A stretch of 64,000 nt of DNA from an uncultured Anaerolineales bacterium (GTDB taxonomy: Bacteria; Chloroflexota; Anaerolineae; B4-G1; SLSP01): the NCBI GenBank assembly GCA_964501335.1, contig CAZCTC010000023.1, forward strand, positions 23,216-87,215. The letters are read 5' to 3'. A program made the translations under genes and the position numbers. Each line of letters starts with the position of its first letter. The stretch's first letter is position 1. This document shows, piece by piece, positions 20,225 through 30,059 of the stretch. The notes under the pieces were generated by a model. It had not been told where the DNA came from. It searched no databases and saw nothing but the letters and a program-made list of their open reading frames with translations.

Positions 20225-21121
20225 TCAGGCCTTGCGTCCCGCCCGGCGCCGCACCTCCGCCGCTGCTTCCGTGATCTCCCGGATGTCGGTAAAGGGGCCG
20301 TCGTCAGCCGTCAACAACCCGGCCTGCAAACTCATCAACGGCGCCTGTACCTGCTTGCCATCGGCATCCTTGATCAACAGATAACCTTGCTGACGGGTGC
20401 GGAAGTCATAGTGAGTGCCCACATTAGCGTCGAAACGCTTCTGCATTTCACTCTGAATCGGCATGGACAGCTCCTTGCGGGTAATCACAATAAAGTCATC
20501 CCCGCCGATGTGCCCGACGAAATCATCCGCCGTCCCCATCTCTTCAACCACCCCATTGATCAGCATCCCGGTGAACCGCAGCACCTCTTCCCCGGCCACG
20601 AAGCCGTAGACTTCGTTAAAGGAATCGAGCGCATTGATCCCGATATACAGGATGCCCCAGTCGTCCCGGCGCATCAACTGCCGGAGCTGCTCCTCGATCA
20701 ATTGTCCGCTGGGCAGACCCGTGCTGGGGCTGGTAAGGCTCTCCACCACGGCCCGACGGATGGTATTGCGCACCCGCAATCGCAGCTCTTCCACATCAAA
20801 CGGCTTGGTGATATAATCGTCGGCCCCTAATTCCAGGCCATGGATCTTATCACTGCGCTCATCCTTCTGCGTGAGGAAGATAATGGGGATATGGCTGGTG
20901 CGCAGGTTGGTGCGGAGCCGGCGACAGACCTCATACCCATCAATGTCGGGCAACATGATATCCAACACAATCACGTTGGGCATCTTTTGCCGGGTCAGGT
21001 CCAGTGCGTCTCCACCCCGCGGGGCCACATAAACCTCGTACCCCTGCGATTTGAAGTACAACTGAAGCATGTTGGAAATGTCGAAATCATCCTCTACCAC
21101 CAGGATACGACCTTCGCTCAT
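20225..21121 (-). CDS. Response regulator with a GGDEF-like output domain carrying a non-canonical GGDDF motif
   Basis: REC domain (ILVVEDDFDISNML...VLDIMLPDIDGYE) plus a GGDEF-fold region with HIGGDDFIVIT. The stop overlaps the start of the downstream gene by 4 nt. Confidence 0.85.
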   Translation of the reverse strand: MSEGRILVVEDDFDISNMLQLYFKSQGYEVYVAPRGGDALDLTRQKMPNVIVLDIMLPDIDGYEVCRRLRTNLRTSHIPIIFLTQKDERSDKIHGLELGADDYITKPFDVEELRLRVRNTIRRAVVESLTSPSTGLPSGQLIEEQLRQLMRRDDWGILYIGINALDSFNEVYGFVAGEEVLRFTGMLINGVVEEMGTADDFVGHIGGDDFIVITRKELSMPIQSEMQKRFDANVGTHYDFRTRQQGYLLIKDADGKQVQAPLMSLQAGLLTADDGPFTDIREITEAAAEVRRRAGRKA

Positions 21122-22203
21122 TCTACCCCTCCTGCGTGGGCTCTGGCTTTAACACCCTCAATTATAGCGTCATCTAGCTTTCGTTCAAAACTGCGCAACG
21201 CGGCCAGGCGAAACCCATGTCGAGTCGCCAGCGCATCGATCTCCAGGATCTGCTCAACGCGCAAATCCTTACCGACGGTGTAATCCTCGAAGCGCCCTTC
21301 AAAGGTCAGAGTCATGGTTTCAGCCATACAACCGTATGTCATTTCAGGCGGCACCCCGTAATTAAACCCGAAGTCCACCTTCCCCGGAACTCGGACCAGG
21401 CCTCCATCCAATACCAGGACATCCTTGCGGCTCTGCGCCACCTCGCTGGAAACATCCCGCGGTCGGGAAACATCGCAGACCACCGCCCCCCGGCGCAGAT
21501 ATTCAGGTTTGAGCAAATTGCCGCCGGCGCTGGTCACCGTCATCACCACCTCGGCCTCCCGAATATCCGCCACTTCTGTTGAGAGCGTCACTTCTCGGGC
21601 GCCGGCGCCCCGTACCCGCTCTGCAACCTCTTCCAATCGCTCCAGCCGCCGCCCAATCAACATCAACCGTCCCGCATCCGGCGCCAGCATTTGCGAAACC
21701 GCCGCCCCAATTGCACCCGACGCACCTACCACTGCTACGGTTGCGCGGGGTAAATCCACACGCATTTGTCGTGCTGCATCCCGAGTCGCATGAACCGCGA
21801 TGGCTGCAGTATAACTATCCCCTGTAGTAACAGCAATATCCAGCTCGCGGGCAATTGTGATTCCACCGTCTCCGACGACTGAAGTGTAAGCCCCCAATCC
21901 CAGGACTTTGGCCCCCAATTCGCGGGCCATCACCCCAGCCGCAACAATTTTGCGATACACTTCCGCCGGCGGCAGGGTGATCATCCGTTGCGCCGTATAA
22001 GGTACAGCGATCAACCACCCTTCAATTTCTTTCCCTGTCGCTTCTGAACGAATTCCGGTAATATGCGAAATGTACACCGGAGGCCAAAACCGGGAAAGAA
22101 AATGAATCGTTCCTTCCGGTAGAATCTTCCCTAAAAACGGATATTTGCGCGCTACATCGCGTTTGGGATCGATCGGATGAATAATAAAAGCAAAAGAATC
22201 CAT
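21118..22203 (-). CDS. COG5322-type NAD(P)-dependent dehydrogenase homologous to cyanobacterial long-chain acyl-ACP reductase (AAR)
   Basis: FAFIIHP... N-terminus. Rossmann motif ATVAVVGASGAIGAAV (AAR has ATVAVVGATGDIGSAV). C-terminal YGCMAETMTLTFEG...ATRHGFRLAAL parallels AAR FACFAEAMLLEFEG...VRHGFQPLAL, including the catalytic-Cys position. AAGGAG RBS lies before the ATG at 22203. Confidence 0.75.
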   Translation of the reverse strand: MDSFAFIIHPIDPKRDVARKYPFLGKILPEGTIHFLSRFWPPVYISHITGIRSEATGKEIEGWLIAVPYTAQRMITLPPAEVYRKIVAAGVMARELGAKVLGLGAYTSVVGDGGITIARELDIAVTTGDSYTAAIAVHATRDAARQMRVDLPRATVAVVGASGAIGAAVSQMLAPDAGRLMLIGRRLERLEEVAERVRGAGAREVTLSTEVADIREAEVVMTVTSAGGNLLKPEYLRRGAVVCDVSRPRDVSSEVAQSRKDVLVLDGGLVRVPGKVDFGFNYGVPPEMTYGCMAETMTLTFEGRFEDYTVGKDLRVEQILEIDALATRHGFRLAALRSFERKLDDAIIEGVKARAHAGGVE

Positions 22204-22210
22204 TACTCCT

Positions 22211-23470
22211 TCATTCCCGAGGGTAGAGCCTTGGATGAAGCCGATCCCCATCCGGCAACGTCAAATGATCACTATCCTCATAGAAAATATTCTTTGAAAT
22301 CACGCGGCGTTCCGGTGAAGCAAATAGAATCACATCCGATTCGATCATCCGGGCCGGGAAAACGATCATCCCGGACCCGATTCTCACATTATGGCCCACA
22401 GCTCCGCCTAAAACCGGCATCCCGGTATCTTCCAACTTGCCGCCAAAATGAGTCTTGATCGGTCGTGGTACCAGGTTGAAATCCGTAAAGGTATTGCCGG
22501 CTCCGATAAAAGTCCCTCGCCCGACCACGCACATCTGCAAGCAGGTGTTTTGTGCAATCAGACAGTCATCCATTAACACCGTCTCAAAAAGCGAAGCCCG
22601 AAAAGGTAGGAAAGTCCGCTTCCCGACCACACTCAACAACAACTGACATCCCTGCTGAATGTTAACATTGTCGCCGATGATGCAGTTGCCGATCACCGCA
22701 CCGGGGCCCACCGTTACATTGTCCCCAATATAGGCCGGCCCTTGAATCACCGCGCTGGGATCGATACTGCAATTGCGCCCGATATGGACCAGCCGGGAAG
22801 AAGTCAAGACCTGCCGGCGTTCCAACATCCCCCGCCACATCATCTGCAACACCACCGATAGTTTGCTTTCCACATCCCGTTCCATGCGAGCCCCGATAGC
22901 AAAAATACCGAAGGTCACATTGGCATGCAGCAGATGCAACCAGTGCTCGATAGAAAGGAAAGCTTTGGTGGGAATCTGATACGTCAGATCACCGTAAGCA
23001 TTGGACATATGGGTAGGCACATGATAATAGCCCACTTCACGGGGTTCCGTGTGCATCACCAGCGGCCGGGGCTGCGGTTCAACGCCATAGGGATAAAACC
23101 AAAGATCGGCCAGATAATAATTGCCCTGGCGCCGAATGCCCCGCTGAAGGTTCAAGGCATGCGCCGAAATTGCCGGATCGCTTAGCTCAAAGGCCACCTG
23201 GCAAGCTTTGCCCGATTCCCGGGCTTTGGCAATAAAGGCCTGCATAAAGTGCTCATCAAAGAAGAGATTGTCCCTATAAACAATCGTCTCTGTGCGGGCC
23301 GGACCGATTTCCGAAACCGAATCCACTTCCCGTTCTTCAGTAATATAAGGAGCTAAAATATCCCGCTGATGCAGCCACAGCGGCTTGTTGAGCACATTCA
23401 ACTCCCGGGCCGGTTCATTGAATGGAGGGATCTTTCGCTTGTCCCGCAGAATTATTTTCCTCACAACCAT
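22211..23470 (-). CDS. Left-handed beta-helix (hexapeptide-repeat) protein, nucleotidyl/acyltransferase-like, with a novel N-terminal domain
   Basis: C-terminal half has hexapeptide repeats (IGRNCSIDPSAVIQGPAYIGDNVTVGPGAVIGNCIIGDNVNIQQG...). The N-terminal ~220 aa are unassigned. Confidence 0.6.
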   Translation of the reverse strand: MVVRKIILRDKRKIPPFNEPARELNVLNKPLWLHQRDILAPYITEEREVDSVSEIGPARTETIVYRDNLFFDEHFMQAFIAKARESGKACQVAFELSDPAISAHALNLQRGIRRQGNYYLADLWFYPYGVEPQPRPLVMHTEPREVGYYHVPTHMSNAYGDLTYQIPTKAFLSIEHWLHLLHANVTFGIFAIGARMERDVESKLSVVLQMMWRGMLERRQVLTSSRLVHIGRNCSIDPSAVIQGPAYIGDNVTVGPGAVIGNCIIGDNVNIQQGCQLLLSVVGKRTFLPFRASLFETVLMDDCLIAQNTCLQMCVVGRGTFIGAGNTFTDFNLVPRPIKTHFGGKLEDTGMPVLGGAVGHNVRIGSGMIVFPARMIESDVILFASPERRVISKNIFYEDSDHLTLPDGDRLHPRLYPRE

Positions 23471-23500
23471 CCCCGCAATCGTTCTACCTGGTTAAGCCGC

Positions 23501-24136
23501 TCAAAATAAAGGTTGGCGACTGATACGCACGGTGCATACAGATTCACCGGCAGCTACACAGGAAATTTCTTCAACTGCAAATCGCCGCCCGCCGCTAATC
23601 CAATACAAAGTTTCTTCAATGAGTCCTACGGGCAACGCACAGGCAACCTGACCGGTATCCCTTCCCCAACAAAAACCACAACGATCCATCACCCAAAAGA
23701 AATCAACCGCATTTTCGCCTAAGGTAACGTGTAAATCCGAATAACGGTTGAAAATCTCCGCCAACACCTCCAGACCGATGCGCATCCGCAAACCCAGAGG
23801 CATAAAACGCAGGGCCACATCCGCCCCGCCTAACAGACCCCGAATATCCTGTACCCCATATTTAAAACAGGCCCGTCCGGTGCGTAAAGCCAACTCCCGG
23901 CCGGCCCGCGGCCCATAGAATTCTTCCAAAGCCGCCATCAAGCGGGCCATTTCCGCAAAGGTGATCCCTGGATTAAAATCCGGCGGTGGAGGTGAATTGA
24001 GCCACACCGAAAGCCGGGCCAGATTCATCACCGCATTCATCCCAGCCTTACCAACCACCTCATCTAACGCTTCCAGGAAAATACGGGTAATCTTATCCGG
24101 AAAAGCGTACGTTCCGGTTCCCAGATCTTCACTCAC
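23501..24136 (-). CDS. V4R (4-vinyl-reductase-like) small-molecule-binding domain protein
   Basis: C-terminal V4R-like Cys pattern (DRCGFCWG...C...C...C). The start ATG overlaps the upstream hydrolase stop (24133-24136). Confidence 0.65.
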   Translation of the reverse strand: MSEDLGTGTYAFPDKITRIFLEALDEVVGKAGMNAVMNLARLSVWLNSPPPPDFNPGITFAEMARLMAALEEFYGPRAGRELALRTGRACFKYGVQDIRGLLGGADVALRFMPLGLRMRIGLEVLAEIFNRYSDLHVTLGENAVDFFWVMDRCGFCWGRDTGQVACALPVGLIEETLYWISGGRRFAVEEISCVAAGESVCTVRISRQPLF

Positions 24137-24918
24137 GGCTGCGCCAAAAATTCCCTTACGGTTTTCAGGAAACGATCGGTCTCATCCAACATCGGGAAAT
24201 GAGCCGATTCTTCAAAATAATGTACCACATGGCGTTCCACGCCCTTGCGTAACAACTCGCCCTGATGGGGGTCCACAATATTATCTTTGCGGCCATAAAT
24301 TCCCATGGCCTGCAATCGCAGCTCGTGCAACCGTGGCCGGAGATCTGTGAACCGCAAATCACGAATACTGGCCGAAAACGATTCCATGGTAGTCCGCGAA
24401 AGATCGTTTTGGAACATCGCATACCAGGTGCGCCAATCACGGGCATAAAAACGCGAAAAGACCTTCACGCCCCAGGCGAATTGATTGGGAAAGGTGTAAA
24501 GCAACCAGGCAATCTGGCGATTACCGGCCAGCTTGAGCAGGAAATTCAATCCTGATCCCGCAATCGGCGAACCGACGACGGCCACCTTGGAAACCCGATG
24601 GGGATAGGTTAAAGCCAACCCCAAGGAAACCGTCCCGCCCATCGAATGTCCCATGACCGGAGTGCGATCCAGCCCCATCCGATCCATAAACTGATCGACC
24701 ATTTCGATGTATTCGGTAACCGTAAAAGAGCCTTGCTTGGCCGATTCCCCAAACCCCCAAAAATCCAGGGCGTAGGTTTTGTACTTATCGCCCAGATATT
24801 CCATAGTGGAAAGCCAGTAACTCCATGACCCCAACCAGCAATGCAACAAGATCACTGGCTTTCCACGGCCAAATGTTTCATAGTGGACGATTCCCCGATC
24901 CGTGACAATGGAACTCAT
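24133..24918 (-). CDS. Alpha/beta hydrolase (intact GHSMGG nucleophile elbow)
   Basis: HCWLGSWSYW oxyanion region, GHSMGG, and C-terminal ESAHFPMLDE (catalytic His context). Confidence 0.85.
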   Translation of the reverse strand: MSSIVTDRGIVHYETFGRGKPVILLHCWLGSWSYWLSTMEYLGDKYKTYALDFWGFGESAKQGSFTVTEYIEMVDQFMDRMGLDRTPVMGHSMGGTVSLGLALTYPHRVSKVAVVGSPIAGSGLNFLLKLAGNRQIAWLLYTFPNQFAWGVKVFSRFYARDWRTWYAMFQNDLSRTTMESFSASIRDLRFTDLRPRLHELRLQAMGIYGRKDNIVDPHQGELLRKGVERHVVHYFEESAHFPMLDETDRFLKTVREFLAQP

Positions 24919-25016
24919 AGTATTACCCCAGCCCCAGATTTTCCGCTCCCACTAATCTTAACACAGCCTTGCCCGGGGAAACACAAAGGGGCCGTTGCAG
25001 TTGAGTTAAGAAACGG

Positions 25017-25559
25017 TTACGATTCCTCGGTCTGATCCATCGATTCCAGGACCGAGTACAACAGTTCCAACAGCACATTTTTCACTGCCGTCTTATCCGT
25101 TCCCACACAGGGCACCACTTTGACCCCTTCCTCCACATGCAGGGCAATTCGTAAATCATCGGGCTGCCAGGCATCATCCATATCCTGCTTATTGGCAGCG
25201 ACGATATAAGGCACAGGGGAATAACTACGGAAGGTCTCTAAAATCCGACGCGCTTCCCGGAAAGTCTCCGGGCGCGTGCTGTCGACCAGCACCACAAATC
25301 CCAACATCCCTTCGGAAAGGATCTCCCACATAAAATCAAACCGCCGTTGCCCCGGGGTTCCAAAGAGATACAGCACCAACTCTTCATCAATGGTGATCCG
25401 CCCGAAATCCATGGCAACGGTCGTCTGGCTTTTAATACGTTCCGCGTCTTTCGAGATCCGCTTCTCCGTAGAGACGACATCAATCTCGCTGATCGCCTGA
25501 ATGAACGACGTCTTACCGGACGAAAAAGGGCCTGTAACAACAATTTTGAGCGTCTGCAT
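25017..25559 (-). CDS. Small Ras-like GTPase of the CvnD/MglA-like (COG2229) group
   Basis: P-loop VVTGPFSSGKTSF, switch II LFGTPGQRRF, and NKQD specificity motif. ATG at 25559, with an alternative TTG at 25583. Confidence 0.85.
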   Translation of the reverse strand: MQTLKIVVTGPFSSGKTSFIQAISEIDVVSTEKRISKDAERIKSQTTVAMDFGRITIDEELVLYLFGTPGQRRFDFMWEILSEGMLGFVVLVDSTRPETFREARRILETFRSYSPVPYIVAANKQDMDDAWQPDDLRIALHVEEGVKVVPCVGTDKTAVKNVLLELLYSVLESMDQTEES

Positions 25560-25579
25560 CTGATAACTCCCGGATCCGA

Positions 25580-26422
25580 TCAATCACTCTTCAGTTTATC
25601 AATCAGCTTTTGCACCAGGCCACGCTTGACGGCCGGACGTTGAAGCTGAATGCTGGATTCGCCATCCCCGGCCGTGGCTCTGGTCGGCGTTGTCGGCGCC
25701 GAAGGCCGTTCGGGTCGAATCACTTCCACCAAACCTGCCTGAATCAGGCTATAAATAATCTTGCGGATCTGGAATTCGCTCATATTGTTACTCTGAGCGA
25801 TTTGCCGGATCGTGTTGCGAGGATTGATGAACGAAATGACACGCCACTCTTCTACACTCAGGTTGATGTTGCGCAATGGCGTCGAGGGTCGCTCAGCAAA
25901 TTTCAAAGAAATATCCAAATCGGGGAGTTCTTCTTGAAGACGTTCCCATTCTTTCTGCCGGCGGCTGCCCTCCATGATGACATTTTCCAGGGCAATCGAT
26001 GTGGTCACCTTATCCTGTCCAGGAACCACCGCCGGTTCAAATTGGAACTTACCTTCAGTCCAGCCGAACACCTGGTAGACCAGATCGAGCACATACTTGT
26101 TCAACCCTTTGATCAGCTCGGCCTGGGCCACTGTCCCTGCATTCATCAGGGTAATGGCAATATCATGGTCGGATTTCCCCGCCATGTGCTGTAAGATTGC
26201 CCGCACCTGCTCCGGATTTAACTTGCCCGATTTCTGCAAGATGGCAAGTAAGGAATCCTCCTCGCCCTCTTTGGTAGCATAAACCAGTTTCCCTTCCCGG
26301 AAGCTCAACGTGGCCTTGCCTTGTGAAGCTTCCAGATAGAGGGTCCCGGTCTTACGAGCCAGGTTAATCAAATTGAGCAGTTGGGTAATTCCAAAGTCTT
26401 TAAGGTTGCCTTTAAGCGCCAT
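25580..26422 (-). CDS. DUF4388 (PATAN-like) protein with a C-terminal DUF742-like winged-helix
   Basis: N-terminus MALKGNLKDFGITQLLNLINLARKTGTLYL is the DUF4388 signature. C-terminal EWRVISFINPRNTIRQIAQSNNMSEFQIRKIIYSLIQAGLV. Confidence 0.75.
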   Translation of the reverse strand: MALKGNLKDFGITQLLNLINLARKTGTLYLEASQGKATLSFREGKLVYATKEGEEDSLLAILQKSGKLNPEQVRAILQHMAGKSDHDIAITLMNAGTVAQAELIKGLNKYVLDLVYQVFGWTEGKFQFEPAVVPGQDKVTTSIALENVIMEGSRRQKEWERLQEELPDLDISLKFAERPSTPLRNINLSVEEWRVISFINPRNTIRQIAQSNNMSEFQIRKIIYSLIQAGLVEVIRPERPSAPTTPTRATAGDGESSIQLQRPAVKRGLVQKLIDKLKSD

Positions 26423-26622
26423 CTCCCATCGTCCTTAATCTAAAACCTGTCGGAAGGGATTTCTAGACAGCCTGGCAAGGCTGCACTAAGCTACAGCATC
26501 GACTCCTTCTCGCGGCACGCCACACGTCCCTGGAAAAAGCAACCGGGGAACTCCCATAGTATTATCAATTATAACCGCCTTCTGTCATTGAGCAAATATG
26601 GCTATGTCAACCCCGCGAAAAG

Positions 26623-28440
26623 CTATTCACGACCGGACTTTATAGCGGCGGCCTGCGCCAGGATCTCCCGCGCACCTTGCTGCGCCGCCTCTCCCTGGGT
26701 GCCTAACATCTGGCCCAACTCAGTCAATTGCGACTCCTCGGACAAACGCACCACCCGGGTCACTGTCCGACCTTCCTGCACCCCCTTTCGTACCTGATAA
26801 TGAGCATCCCCAAATCCCGCCAGCTGCGGTAAATGGGTAATACATAACACCTGATGGCGAGGGTGGCCGTTATCCCCCGGAGCAGAAAGTCGCCACAGCT
26901 TGGCCCCCACCACGACCCCCACACGACCACCAATCCCCTGATCGATCTCATCAAAGATCAAAGTCGGGGTGCGATCCGCCCGGGAAAGTACGGTCTTTAA
27001 AGCCAGCATCAACCGCGCCGTTTCACCGCCGGAAGCCACCCGGGCCAGCGGCCGGAGCCCCTCGCCTACATTGGCCGCCAGCAAAAACTCCACCCGATCG
27101 ATCCCGGTGGTATCGAAGATCGCCGGATTGACCGGAGTCTCATCCTGGATCTCACGGCCGGCACTGGTAATCCACTTCACCGCCGGCTCGGCCGCGGCCA
27201 GTGGCGCTCCCCCCGGCCCCTCTTCCCGGGCAAAAGAAACCCCAAAACGCGCCCCTTGCATCCGCAAATCGCTCAGCTCGGATTCCATCCCCTCGGCCAG
27301 ACGCTGCGCTGCGGCCTGACGTTGCACAGAAAGCGCCATCGCCTGTTCGGCCACCTGAGCTACCAGTTGAGCCTCCGCCACTTCCAGCTCCGCGATCCGT
27401 TCATCGCTATGCTCCAACCGTTCCAACTCTTCGGCTGCCGTCTGCCCGTAACTGACGACCTGCTCGACCTCGCCCCCATATTTGCGTTCCAAACGACGCA
27501 ACAAAGCCAACCGCTCTTCTACCTGCCCCAACCGTTGAGGATTGAATTCAATCCCGGCAATATAGGTGCGTAAGGTCCGCACCAGATCTTCCAATTGATA
27601 CCCTACCTCTTCCAGGGCCTGGGACTGCGGCTCCAGCCCCGCATCGATCCGTACCAGGGTATGCATCTCCCGCTGCGCCTGCCCGAGCTGATCGACCACC
27701 GCCGGACTGCCTTCCGCCCCTTCTTCCAACAGACTCAATATCCCGGTGGCCAGCGTTGAAAGCTGCTCGGCATTGGCCAGATGGAGCCGTTCCTCTTCCA
27801 GTTCAGCCTTCTCGCCCGGCTTCAATCCGGCCGACCGGATCTCTTCCACCTGGAAGCGTAACATATCCAGACGCTGCATCCGCGCCTGTTCGTTTTGCCG
27901 CAGATCGGCCAGTTCCCGCCGAATGGCCGAAACCTGACGCACCGTTTCCGTCAATGCCGCCCGCGGCTCGTCCAATCCGGCAAAACGATCCAGCAATTGC
28001 AGATGCTCCCGCACCCGCAACAGACTTAAATGCTCGCTCTGCCCATGGATATCGATCAGTAATTCCGCAATTTCCCGCAAAGTGCCGAGAGAAACTACAG
28101 AGCCGTTCACCCGGGCAATCGTCCGTCCGCCGGTGCGAATTTCCCGGCTCAACCACACGCTGTCTGGAGATTCCCCTTCCAGCCCTTCTTCCTCCAGGCG
28201 CGCCACCAGAGGGTTCTGTTCATTTACATCCAGAACAAATAACCCCTCCACCAGGGAACGCGGAGCCCCTTCCCGGATTGCCGTAGCATCAGCCCGTCCA
28301 CCTAACAGCAATAATACTGCATCAATTAGAATGGACTTACCTGCCCCGGTTTCGCCGGTAAGAATATTAAAACCCGGCTCCAGCGTCAGATTTAATTCAT
28401 CGATAATCGCAAAATCACGGATATGTAATTCACGCAGCAT
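26623..28440 (-). CDS. recN: DNA repair protein RecN
   Basis: MLRELHIRDFAIIDELNLTLEPGFNILTGETGAGKSILIDA..., a long coiled coil, and C-terminal SGGETARLMLAL...LIFDEIDQGIGG. Confidence 0.95.
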   Translation of the reverse strand: MLRELHIRDFAIIDELNLTLEPGFNILTGETGAGKSILIDAVLLLLGGRADATAIREGAPRSLVEGLFVLDVNEQNPLVARLEEEGLEGESPDSVWLSREIRTGGRTIARVNGSVVSLGTLREIAELLIDIHGQSEHLSLLRVREHLQLLDRFAGLDEPRAALTETVRQVSAIRRELADLRQNEQARMQRLDMLRFQVEEIRSAGLKPGEKAELEEERLHLANAEQLSTLATGILSLLEEGAEGSPAVVDQLGQAQREMHTLVRIDAGLEPQSQALEEVGYQLEDLVRTLRTYIAGIEFNPQRLGQVEERLALLRRLERKYGGEVEQVVSYGQTAAEELERLEHSDERIAELEVAEAQLVAQVAEQAMALSVQRQAAAQRLAEGMESELSDLRMQGARFGVSFAREEGPGGAPLAAAEPAVKWITSAGREIQDETPVNPAIFDTTGIDRVEFLLAANVGEGLRPLARVASGGETARLMLALKTVLSRADRTPTLIFDEIDQGIGGRVGVVVGAKLWRLSAPGDNGHPRHQVLCITHLPQLAGFGDAHYQVRKGVQEGRTVTRVVRLSEESQLTELGQMLGTQGEAAQQGAREILAQAAAIKSGRE

Positions 28441-28712
28441 AAAGCCCTGAATTCCCCCCCGGATTGTCTGGCGGTCCTTTTTGCAAAGAACAGCATCCCC
28501 TATTATAACGTAAGTTGCCAGCTTCGCTTGAAAACGGCAAAAGAGTTTAAAAAATTCTGTCGTTTTCGGATAAATCGTCTTTCTGAGTAAATCCTTACGT
28601 TATTATAGATCAAACCAAAAAGGGGAAAAGTGTGCCAGAATGACTCTGAGAGCTTTTGAGAGATGCTGTATGTTATCATATGCCCGGGTTGTAATGAAAG
28701 GAGAACTATTAC

Positions 28713-30017
28713 ATGTCTGAACAACATTCGTCACGTCTGCCTGGATTTTACAATTTACCGCTGAACGAACGCGTGGAGATCTTGGTCCGGCAGGCGGGAT
28801 TAACCGAAGACGAAAAAGCGGTTCTCAACGGCGGCCTCGATCCGGAACGCGCCAATGCAATGATCGAAAATGCCGTGGGACTTTATACACTGCCCCTGGG
28901 CATCGCGACCAATTTTCTGATCAACGGTCGCGAAGTCCTGATTCCGATGGTCGTCGAAGAGCCCTCGGTGGTAGCCGGCGCTTCGCTGGCCGCTAAACTC
29001 GCCCTGACCGGCCACGGCTTCGTCGCAGTCGCCGATGCTCCCGTCATGATCGGCCAGATCCAGATAGTCAACGTCCCCGATCCCTGGTCGGCCCGGGTAG
29101 ACCTGCTGGCCCACAAAACCGAATTGCTCCACCAGGCCAATCAAAGCGACGAGGTCCTGGTCAAATTGGGCGGCGGGGCACTGGACCTGGAAGTCCGGAT
29201 TATCGAACAAACCCCCGCCGGCCCCATGTTGATCATCCATCTGCTCTACGATGTACGCGACGCCATGGGCGCCAATGCCGTCAATACCGCCTGCGAACAA
29301 CTGGCCCTCACGATCGAAGGTCTCACGGGCGGCACGGTCTTCCTCCGTATCCTGAGTAACCTGGCCGACCATCGACTGGCCCGCGCCCGGGTCAGCATTC
29401 CCGAAGAAGCTCTGGCCTTCGGCAATTTCCGCGGGCCGGCAGTCGCTCACGGCATCGAATATGCCTGGGCCCTGGCCGCCGCAGATCCCTATCGCGCCGC
29501 GACCCATAATAAAGGAATTATGAACGGCATCGATGCCGTCGTCATCGCCACCGGCAACGACTGGCGCGCCGTGGAAGCCGGCGCCCACGCCTACGCGGCC
29601 CGAGAAGGACGTTACACCAGCCTGAGTACCTGGCGCCGGGATGGCAAAGGACATCTGACCGGCTCTTTAGAATTACCCCTCGCCGTCGGCATCGTGGGCG
29701 GCGCGACCCGCGTTCATCCCACGGCCCGGCTGGCCTTAAAACTGTTAGGCATCAAGACGGCCCGCGAACTGGCTGAAATCATCGTCTGCGTCGGCCTGGC
29801 CCAAAACCTCGCAGCCCTGCGCGCACTGGCCACAGAAGGAATTCAACACGGCCATATGGAACTCCATGCACGCCAGGTCGCCATGGCGGCCGGAGCCTCC
29901 GGCGATGAAATTGAAAAACTGGCCGAAGCATTGACCCGGGAAGGACTCATCCGCAGCGATCGCGCCGCCGCTTTATTACAGGAAATGCGCCGTCGTCCCG
30001 CCGATGAGAAACATTAA
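28713..30017 (+). CDS. mvaA: Class II hydroxymethylglutaryl-CoA reductase
   Basis: ENAVGLYTLPLGIATNFLINGREVLIPMVVEEPSVVAGAS, DAMGANAVN, GIVGG motifs. Confidence 0.9.
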   Translation: MSEQHSSRLPGFYNLPLNERVEILVRQAGLTEDEKAVLNGGLDPERANAMIENAVGLYTLPLGIATNFLINGREVLIPMVVEEPSVVAGASLAAKLALTGHGFVAVADAPVMIGQIQIVNVPDPWSARVDLLAHKTELLHQANQSDEVLVKLGGGALDLEVRIIEQTPAGPMLIIHLLYDVRDAMGANAVNTACEQLALTIEGLTGGTVFLRILSNLADHRLARARVSIPEEALAFGNFRGPAVAHGIEYAWALAAADPYRAATHNKGIMNGIDAVVIATGNDWRAVEAGAHAYAAREGRYTSLSTWRRDGKGHLTGSLELPLAVGIVGGATRVHPTARLALKLLGIKTARELAEIIVCVGLAQNLAALRALATEGIQHGHMELHARQVAMAAGASGDEIEKLAEALTREGLIRSDRAAALLQEMRRRPADEKH

Positions 30018-30059
30018 AATCAATTGATGGTAAACATGGAATCAAGGAAGGAGAATTTC

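Noticed and set aside
26561-26573. A minus-strand TATAAT/GATAAT pair as the promoter for the DUF4388-GTPase operon.
   Set aside because: The -10 is perfect, but no convincing -35 lies at 16-18 nt, and the site is ~146 nt from the start codon. That is too weak to list as a feature.
28441-28712. A LexA/SOS box upstream of recN, and the imperfect inverted repeat TATTATAACGTAAG...CTTACGTTATTATA (about 28499-28612).
   Set aside because: No palindromic GAAC-N4-GTTC-type box was found near the recN start. The inverted repeat has mismatches and ~80-nt spacing, and I could not connect it to any known operator or to the repeat families.
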